Source of the DNA: Armatimonadota bacterium
GTDB taxonomy: Bacteria; Armatimonadota; Chthonomonadetes; Chthonomonadales; CAJBBX01
Direction of reading: 5' to 3'
DNA length: 64,000 nucleotides
Assembly (NCBI GenBank): GCA_026392115.1
Contig: JAPLCQ010000094.1
Location: forward strand, 22,788 to 86,787
The notes under the pieces are model-generated. The model made no database searches and was not told where the DNA came from. It saw only the letters and a list, made by a program, of their open reading frames with translations. Of this stretch, positions 57,361 to 64,000 are shown one piece after another. The number at the start of each line of letters is the position of its first letter. Position 1 is the first letter of the stretch. Position numbers and translations under genes: made by a program.

Positions 57361-58680
57361 CTACAGGCCGGCGACGGACGCGTACTCCTCGCGGAAGACC
57401 TCGACCGTCATCAGGGCGGCCGCCGCCATGGAGGCGACCAGGGCATCATCCTGCATGTCCTCGGCCTCGAGGCGCGTCATCACCGATCGTGCGGCCCGGT
57501 ACGTGTCCTGGTTGAGGTTCACGCGGCGGACCGATGTCCGGTGGGTCTCCATGTTCAGGATGTCGGTGAAGGGGATGGGCACGGCTTCGCCGGACTGCAC
57601 CGACATCATGGCGCCGCCGCCGTAGGTGGCGCCACCGAGGGCGAGCAGGTAGCGCACGGCACCCCAGCTCAACTGCTGGACGTAGTCCACATCGAAGGGC
57701 ACAGGTTCGGCGCAGCGAAGCTCGTAGCCGATGGTCACGTCAGTGAACGTGAGCTTGTCCGCTCGCGCGGCAAAGCGCTCCTTCAAACGGCGCTTGAGGA
57801 TCAGGCCCAAGGGGACCTCGCCCAGGCGGAAGTGGCCGTGCTCGTCGTAGTCGACCTCGACGATCGGCGCCATCTTGGAGAGCTCCTCCTCCATCAGCAC
57901 GCCCACACCCTCGGCCACGACGGCCACGCCTGAGGTCCGGCCCTTGGCCCGCGCCTTGAACACGGCGCCCTCGATGATCTTGCAGAGCGCATCGATGCTG
58001 CAAGACGCTTTGCCCTCGCGTACGCCGGGGAACTCCTCGGGAATGATGGTCAGGTCGGCTCCGCCCACGACGCCCATGCCCTGCGCCAGATGACCGGCGG
58101 TCCGGCCCATGGCCACGACGACGTACCAGCGGCCGGCGGTCTTGGCATCCTCCACCAGGTTCTTGACCAGCAGGGAGCCGAAGTAGCGGGCGGTGTTGTA
58201 GCCGAAAGTGGGGGCGTTGCCGGGGAGCGGCAGATCGTTGTCGATGGTCTTGGGTACATGGACGACGCGAATCTCGCCGGCCAGCACCTCAGACGTGCGG
58301 TAAGCGCTGAATGCGGTGTCGTCGCCGCCGATGGTCACCAGGTAGTCCAGCCCCATCTGACGGAGGGCGGACGCCACCTTGTCCATCTTGTCCTTGCCCG
58401 CCGCATCCACCTTGGTCGGGTTGTCGCGCGCCGTGCGTAGTACGGAGCCGCCGCGCAGGCGAACCTGTTGCGCCAGCTCCTCGGTCATCTCAATGGTCTT
58501 CGTGCCGTCGCCCTTTGAGAGGTGCTTGAAGCCCTCAAGGATACCCACGACCTCCAGTCCGTTCCTGAGCGCCTCGATGGTGGCTCCGGCAATGACGCCG
58601 TTGATGCCGGGCGCGGGCCCGCCGCCAACCAGAATGCCGAGGCGCTTCCTGGGCTGCGCGGGCTGTGAGATCTCCGTCAT
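57361..58680 (-). CDS. pfp: Phosphofructokinase, PPi-dependent type
   Basis: GGGPAPGIN; TIGGDDT (GGDD); VPKTIDNDL; MGR; GYELRC. Confidence 0.85.
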   Translation of the reverse strand: MTEISQPAQPRKRLGILVGGGPAPGINGVIAGATIEALRNGLEVVGILEGFKHLSKGDGTKTIEMTEELAQQVRLRGGSVLRTARDNPTKVDAAGKDKMDKVASALRQMGLDYLVTIGGDDTAFSAYRTSEVLAGEIRVVHVPKTIDNDLPLPGNAPTFGYNTARYFGSLLVKNLVEDAKTAGRWYVVVAMGRTAGHLAQGMGVVGGADLTIIPEEFPGVREGKASCSIDALCKIIEGAVFKARAKGRTSGVAVVAEGVGVLMEEELSKMAPIVEVDYDEHGHFRLGEVPLGLILKRRLKERFAARADKLTFTDVTIGYELRCAEPVPFDVDYVQQLSWGAVRYLLALGGATYGGGAMMSVQSGEAVPIPFTDILNMETHRTSVRRVNLNQDTYRAARSVMTRLEAEDMQDDALVASMAAAALMTVEVFREEYASVAGL

Positions 58681-58708
58681 GGGTGTGCTCCTTTCCAAGG
58701 CCGGCGCG

Positions 58709-59872
58709 CTACTTGCGGGCGCCGTTAAGAAGAATGTCGCGGGCTGTGGTCATGACGCGGACCACCTGCTCATCCTGCATCCGCGGATAGATGGGCAGGC
58801 TCACGGCCGCCTCATATGCGGTCACAGCCAGGGGGTAGCGATCTCGCTCTAGGTTGTACGTGTCACGCCAGTAGGGATGCAGGTGGAGCGGAATGAAATG
58901 GACGCTGGTGCCGATGCCCCGACGAGACATCTCCTGAATGAAGACATCGCGGGTGACCGCCGCCTCGGCGCCGATCCGAAGGACGTAGAGATGCCAGGCA
59001 TGCATATCGCCGGTGTGGCGCGGCGGCAACGCAACGGGCAAGTCGGCGAAGGCCGCGTCGTACTGCTCCGCCATGCACCGGCGCACCTGTTGCATCTGGT
59101 ACGCCTTCTTGAGCTGGTGGATGCCCAGCGCGGCCGCGATATCGGTCATGTTGTATTTGAAGCCGGGCGCGACCACCTCGTAGTACCAGGAGGGCCGAGT
59201 AGAGGTGTACCGGTCAAACGCATCGCGGTCAATGCCATGAAGCCGCATGACGCGGCAGCGCTTGGCGATCTTGTGATCCCGGGTGACGACCATGCCACCC
59301 TCGCCGGTCACGAGCGTCTTCGTGGCATAGAAGCTGAAGACCGTAACGTCGCTGTCCAACGCGCCGATGAGCTTGCCGCCCCAGGTGGCCGGGAACGCAT
59401 GCGCGGCGTCCTCCACCACGCGAAGGCCATGCTTCTTCGCGACCGCCAGGATGGCGTCCATATCGCAGGCGAGGCCGGCAACATGGACGGGGACGATGGC
59501 GCGCGTACGCGGCGTGATGGCCGCCTCAACCTGGGCCACATCCATGTTCAGGGTGGCGGGGTCGATATCAACGAAGACCGGATGGGCGCCCAGGTACCGC
59601 ACCACTTCAGCCGTGGCAGTGAACGTATACGTGGTAGTGATGACTTCGGTATCGGGGCCGACGCCGATCGCCTCGAGGGCCAGATGCAGGCCGGCCGTGG
59701 CGGAGTTGACCGCGATGGCCTCGATGCCCGGCCCCATGAACTCCGCGAAGTCGGCTTCAAACCGCTTGGTCTTGGGGCCGGTCGTGAGCCAACCCGAGCG
59801 CAGGGACTCGACCACCTCGGCGATCTCTTCCTCGCCCACGTCCGGCACGGCGTAGGGCAGGAAGTCACGCAT
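58709..59872 (-). CDS. DegT/DnrJ/EryC1/StrS PLP aminotransferase
   Basis: [45 protein letters not shown]. Confidence 0.93.
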   Translation of the reverse strand: MRDFLPYAVPDVGEEEIAEVVESLRSGWLTTGPKTKRFEADFAEFMGPGIEAIAVNSATAGLHLALEAIGVGPDTEVITTTYTFTATAEVVRYLGAHPVFVDIDPATLNMDVAQVEAAITPRTRAIVPVHVAGLACDMDAILAVAKKHGLRVVEDAAHAFPATWGGKLIGALDSDVTVFSFYATKTLVTGEGGMVVTRDHKIAKRCRVMRLHGIDRDAFDRYTSTRPSWYYEVVAPGFKYNMTDIAAALGIHQLKKAYQMQQVRRCMAEQYDAAFADLPVALPPRHTGDMHAWHLYVLRIGAEAAVTRDVFIQEMSRRGIGTSVHFIPLHLHPYWRDTYNLERDRYPLAVTAYEAAVSLPIYPRMQDEQVVRVMTTARDILLNGARK

Positions 59873-60024
59873 GGATCACTCTCGCTCGCCTGTGTTTCAC
59901 GTTGCCGCTCTCCAACCGCGCGCATCCTGAGGCCTGACGCTCTCGCTGCCCGCTGAGTGGGTCGCCGAATCCGCCCGATGCGACCAACACTACAGAATAC
60001 CCGCGCCGGTCGGCGGATGGATGT

Positions 60025-60672
60025 CTACGGCTGCTCCGGAGGGCGCCACGGCAGCACGGCCTCGTACCGAACCTTGCTCTCGCCGCCCGAACTGATATGC
60101 GCCCCGGTGGCCAAGAAGCCGAGACGACGGTAGAACCGGTTCACCCGATCATTGCCCTGCTCGGCGGTGGTCAGGTACACATGCGTCGCGCCCTGCTCGA
60201 ACGCCAATGCCATGAACGCGGCCACCAGCGCCTGGCCCATGCCCTTGCCCGAGTAGCTGGGGCTAACCCCCAGCGAGGCCAACTCGCAGGAGTCCGGCAA
60301 TGCGGTGAAGACTGCCCGAGGCCGCACCACGCCCTGAGCGGTGCGCACCAGCCGGGGCCAAAGGCCCGGCCGCCGCACGATGCCGACCACGGCGCGGATC
60401 GACAGGTGCGTGGCGTGCAGACGCATGGATGTGTAGAAGCGACCCGGATCTGTGAAACCCGCGATGAAGCCCTGCACGCCTTCGGCGGTGTCGGCCACCA
60501 GCAGGATGCCCCTGGGATGCGCCATGACCATGCCGTAGTAGGCGCGAAGGAACCGCCTGCCCAGCCGCGTCATGAAGAAGTCCGGGAAGGCCGCCACATG
60601 CACTCGCACGACGCGAGCCAGATCGTTCGCCGTGGCCTGCCGCACTCGCGTCTCGCCGCCCGGCATGCTCAT
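60025..60672 (-). CDS. GNAT N-acetyltransferase
   Basis: VRQAT..DL; H..AFPDFFMT.LG; ELASLGVSP..GKGMG; N..VNRFYRRLGF. Confidence 0.85.
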   Translation of the reverse strand: MSMPGGETRVRQATANDLARVVRVHVAAFPDFFMTRLGRRFLRAYYGMVMAHPRGILLVADTAEGVQGFIAGFTDPGRFYTSMRLHATHLSIRAVVGIVRRPGLWPRLVRTAQGVVRPRAVFTALPDSCELASLGVSPSYSGKGMGQALVAAFMALAFEQGATHVYLTTAEQGNDRVNRFYRRLGFLATGAHISSGGESKVRYEAVLPWRPPEQP

Positions 60673-61898
60673 GGTCTGCGCTCCTCGATGGCCGAGCGCA
60701 GCACGGCCTCGGCACGCCGGACACAGGCCTCGCGCGAAAGGTTCGCTTCCACGTAGGCGCGGCCGGCCAGACCCATCGCCGCGGCTGCCGCGCGATCGGC
60801 GGCCATCGCCCGGATGGATGCGGCCAGAGCCCCGGCATCACCCGCGGGCGTCACCAGACCGGCTCCGGCGCAACAGATGAGTTTCGGCGCGTCGCCCGCA
60901 AGGGGTATCGCCGCGGCGATGGGCCTGCCCGCCGCCATGATGGTCGGTATCTTGGAGGGTACCGTAGGGGTCTTCACTTCGGGCCTCAAGGTGACCAGGC
61001 CCACGTCACAGGCGTGCAGGGCCTCTGCGTAACGCTCCTGCGGAAGCATGGGCACGAACTGCACGTTCGTCAATCCCTCGGCCCGATCCTGAAGCGCCCG
61101 CTTGTCCACCCCGTCGCCTACGAGCACGAAGCGCACGGACTGGTCATCCGCCATCAGCCGCGCCGCGTCGACCACCACCGAGACGCCCTGCGAACTGCCC
61201 ATGGTGCCGGCAAAGAGGACCACGAACCTGTCGCCCAGGCCATGCTCCGCTCTGAACGCGTTGTCGCGCGAGGCGGGGCGAATGGCCTCGGTGTCTACCC
61301 AATTCGGTACGACGTCGACGCGCTCGGCGCGGGCGCCGCGGCTCACGACGTGGGCCTTGTTGCCTTCCGACATAACCGTGATGCGGTCCGCCCGCCGGTA
61401 CAGCTTGCGCTCCATGTCCTCGAAGAGCCGGATCAGCCCCGGATGCGTGAGGACGCCGAGGTCCACCATGCTCTGCGGGAAGAGGTCCTGCACCGACGCA
61501 ACCCAGGGAATGCGCCCCGACCGCGCGGCCAGGCGTGCCGCGGCGCCCATGAGGACGGGCGGGGTCACCGTGTAGACGACATCGGAAGCGGGCAGCATAC
61601 GCCCACGAAGGCCATAGACCGGTGGCGCGAGAAGCTGAACCAGGCCGCGGCTCAGGGTGGAACCGCCGTAGTTGTTGGGCGCTTTCACGCGCAGCACGCG
61701 CACGCCGCCCATGCGCTCCTCGCGCATCACGCCGCCCCGGTACTCCGCGGGCATCTCGGGCAGGTTGTATCGCGGGAACCCGGTGACCACCGTCACCTCG
61801 TGCCCCCACTCGGCCAGTGTCCGAGCAAACTCGTAAGCCAGATGCGGCCCTGATCCAATCTCCGGCACAAAGTAGGCCGAGAGGAACAGGATACGCAT
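60669..61898 (-). CDS. GT4 glycosyltransferase (WcaI-like)
   Basis: MRILF..YFVPE; GHEVTVVTGFP.Y; QDLFP; PNWVD; FAGTMG..QG; PSK...MAAG. Confidence 0.88.
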   Translation of the reverse strand: MRILFLSAYFVPEIGSGPHLAYEFARTLAEWGHEVTVVTGFPRYNLPEMPAEYRGGVMREERMGGVRVLRVKAPNNYGGSTLSRGLVQLLAPPVYGLRGRMLPASDVVYTVTPPVLMGAAARLAARSGRIPWVASVQDLFPQSMVDLGVLTHPGLIRLFEDMERKLYRRADRITVMSEGNKAHVVSRGARAERVDVVPNWVDTEAIRPASRDNAFRAEHGLGDRFVVLFAGTMGSSQGVSVVVDAARLMADDQSVRFVLVGDGVDKRALQDRAEGLTNVQFVPMLPQERYAEALHACDVGLVTLRPEVKTPTVPSKIPTIMAAGRPIAAAIPLAGDAPKLICCAGAGLVTPAGDAGALAASIRAMAADRAAAAAMGLAGRAYVEANLSREACVRRAEAVLRSAIEERRP

Positions 61899-61933
61899 GG
61901 GTCCGCCGTCACAGTCACGCCCTGAGCCGGCGA

Positions 61934-62746
61934 TCACGGCGCCAGTTTGCCCGCCGCAAGCAACGCCAGAACGGTGGCGCCCACGACGATCCGGTACACC
62001 ACGAACACGGTCGTCGGCCGGCTCTTGAGGAACTTCAGCAGCCAGTCGATGGTCGCCCAGCCCACCACAAACGCTACAACCGTAGCGATGAGGGTGGGAC
62101 GCACCATCCCCGCCATCGTCAGCGAGTGGCGCACCTTGACCATCTCGTAGGCGCCCGCAGCGAAGACGGCGGGCAGGCTGAGCAGGAAGGAGAACCGGGC
62201 GGCCGTGGCACGCTCGAAACCGCAGGCCATGGCCGCGGTCATGGTGGCGCCGGAGCGGGAGGCGCCGGGAATGAGCGAGAATGCCTGCCCGACGCCGACG
62301 GCCAGACCGTCCAGCAAGGTCACGTCACCGATGCCGCGGTGTCGACTCGCGCGCCGTTCGGACCACGCCAGGGCCAGCGCGAAGACGATCATGCTCGAAG
62401 CAACGATGGTCAGCGAGCGGAACTGGTGCTCAATCACCTTGTGGAGCGCCAGACCCAGGATCACCACCGGCAAGGTGCCGATCACGACCGGGACGAGGAG
62501 CTTGCGCCCGGCTTCGCCTTCATCACCGCGGCCCGTGAGGATGGCTACGATATCACGGCGGAAGTAGATGATTGCCGCTAGAAGTGTGCCGAACTGCGAT
62601 ATCGCAGTAAATGCCGTCAACAGCTGTTGGTCGAAGCTCCATCCCAGGATTTCAGGGACGACACGCAGATGACCGGTGCTGCTGATGGGAAGCCATTCGG
62701 TGAAGCCTTGGACGAACCCGAGGACGAGCGCTTGCAGGTCGTTCAA
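61934..62746 (-). CDS. uppP: Undecaprenyl-diphosphatase
   Basis: LGFVQGFTEWLPISSTGHL; QFG; PGASRSG; AARFSFLLSLP; YRI. AAGGAG RBS with TTG start. Confidence 0.93.
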   Translation of the reverse strand: MNDLQALVLGFVQGFTEWLPISSTGHLRVVPEILGWSFDQQLLTAFTAISQFGTLLAAIIYFRRDIVAILTGRGDEGEAGRKLLVPVVIGTLPVVILGLALHKVIEHQFRSLTIVASSMIVFALALAWSERRASRHRGIGDVTLLDGLAVGVGQAFSLIPGASRSGATMTAAMACGFERATAARFSFLLSLPAVFAAGAYEMVKVRHSLTMAGMVRPTLIATVVAFVVGWATIDWLLKFLKSRPTTVFVVYRIVVGATVLALLAAGKLAP

Positions 62747-62894
62747 ACTGCGCTCCTTGCCCACTATGCTGTCAGGGCGGTACTAGTGTACTCCGAAGTG
62801 GCTTCAGCCGCCGCAAGCGCCGTCTCGGCGTCACTCCCAGATGGGCTGGTGGCCATGCCCGTACCCCAACGCCGCAGCGCGTGTCCACAGATCA

Positions 62895-64000
62895 TCACTC
62901 GGATGCCAGGATTCGAACGGGGCCCATGAGGCCGGACGGATAGAGTAGCGTGCCGGCAGGCAGCAGGAAGTTGCCCTTGGTCAGGCGCTCGGACGCCGGC
63001 CGCGACGCATCGCCGATGACCCGGTTGGCCCAGAGGTTCGCCACGTCAATCTCCAGCCGGTTGGCGCCTGGCCGAAGCGCGGAGGTCAGCTCCACCTGCC
63101 AGGGCTCGCACCAGGCCGTGCCCAGGTCCTTGCCGTTCAGCCGCACGCGGGCGACGTCGCGCACCACGCCCAGGCTCAGGAACCAGCGTTGCCTATTCAC
63201 GGGCGCCGTCGTGGTCGGCATGGCGAACGCGGCGCGGTAGGTGGCGATGCCGGAATAGTGGCGCAGGCCTTCCTCGGGCCGCTTGGTCCAGTCCACCAGG
63301 TCCGCGAACCCCACCTCGCCGTTCGCGGCTGAGGCCATGGCGGGTGAGACCCACGCCGGGTCGAACCGTACGCGCCACGGCCCGCGCACTTCGGCCACCG
63401 CACGCCGCACCGGGAAGTTGGCCGTCCGCGCGGTCGGCCGAGGCGACTTGTCGCGGAAGACCACGAAGATGCCCTGGTAGGCGCCCAGCCGCAACGGCAG
63501 GTAGGTCCGCGCGCCGATGCGGGCGTAATCCGGCAACGACCGGGTCTCGCCGGTCAGCGGATCGAACAGCTCCGGGGCCGCGTTCCGTGCGCGCAACGCC
63601 GCCTGCAAGGCCACGTCGCGGCTCGTGGGGTTGGCTACGAAGTAGATATCGGCGCGCTCGGTCCGGCGATGAATCCAGTCCATGCCGGCCACGGCCGTCG
63701 CGTCGACCATGCCCCAGGGACCGACGCCCAGTGGCCCGAGCGTGCGCGGCGCGGACCAGGCGGCCTGATCGGCGCTGGACTGCCACGCATCGCCGTCGGT
63801 GGCAAGCTCGAGCCGCTTCCCGCCGGCGAGTGTGACCACAATCCGCCCGATGAGGCCCGCGGGGCTGGGTTGGTTGGTGCTGTTCGTGGCGCGGACCAGG
63901 ATGCTGTTGGCCCCGGCGCGCACGAGGCGCGTGATGTCGGCGTCCACGGCCCGCGTGAAGTCCACGCTCCTCAGGCACTCCTTGCCGTTCACCGAGAGCA
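62895..64000 (-). CDS. GH106 alpha-L-rhamnosidase-like protein, C-terminal part
   Basis: WIHRR...IYFVAN; PELFDP; W.VRF; YSGIATY; LG.V..VARVRLNG; GANRLEIDVANLWANR; SGLMGPV. The 5' end is outside the window. Confidence 0.75.
   Translation of the reverse strand, partial: LSVNGKECLRSVDFTRAVDADITRLVRAGANSILVRATNSTNQPSPAGLIGRIVVTLAGGKRLELATDGDAWQSSADQAAWSAPRTLGPLGVGPWGMVDATAVAGMDWIHRRTERADIYFVANPTSRDVALQAALRARNAAPELFDPLTGETRSLPDYARIGARTYLPLRLGAYQGIFVVFRDKSPRPTARTANFPVRRAVAEVRGPWRVRFDPAWVSPAMASAANGEVGFADLVDWTKRPEEGLRHYSGIATYRAAFAMPTTTAPVNRQRWFLSLGVVRDVARVRLNGKDLGTAWCEPWQVELTSALRPGANRLEIDVANLWANRVIGDASRPASERLTKGNFLLPAGTLLYPSGLMGPVRILASE

Noticed and set aside
59893..59908. Possible parS site (TGTTTCACGT...)
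   Set aside because: Only the first 10 nt match TGTTTCACGTGAAACA; the second arm is TGCCGC, so it is not palindromic. I noticed no full parS by eye.

Overview
High-GC bacterial chromosomal DNA; the gene style resembles Armatimonadota-like genomes, but this is a weak inference. About 50 genes are recognisable. Housekeeping genes include parA-parB, ymdB-rny-recX, rhaA, rhaM, hom, accB, a PPi-type phosphofructokinase and uppP. There are many secreted carbohydrate-active enzymes: two GH95-like, GH110-like, DUF4038/GH140-like, GH43, GH42-like, GH-A and a partial GH106-like. I saw no rRNA, tRNA, CRISPR array or transposase. The most interesting accessory elements are: (1) an ECF sigma / putative anti-sigma / TPR-CHAT caspase-like protease triad at 53030-57268, with a ZAS-like HxxxCxxC motif out of frame just upstream of the middle gene and an orphan ParB next door; (2) four tandem secreted YolA/DUF4879-like paralogues at 13279-15176, with conserved leaders, divergent mature domains and their own sigma70 promoter; (3) a GT4-Wzm-Wzt-UbiA-(terpene-cyclase relic)-three-sulfotransferase block lying between rhaA and rhaM, including a sulfotransferase-methyltransferase fusion; (4) a circularly permuted LamG domain inserted in a GH95-like enzyme; and (5) a tail-to-tail junction near 11660 where two convergent genes both lose their 3' ends. 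All family calls come from reading motifs by eye; no database search was run.
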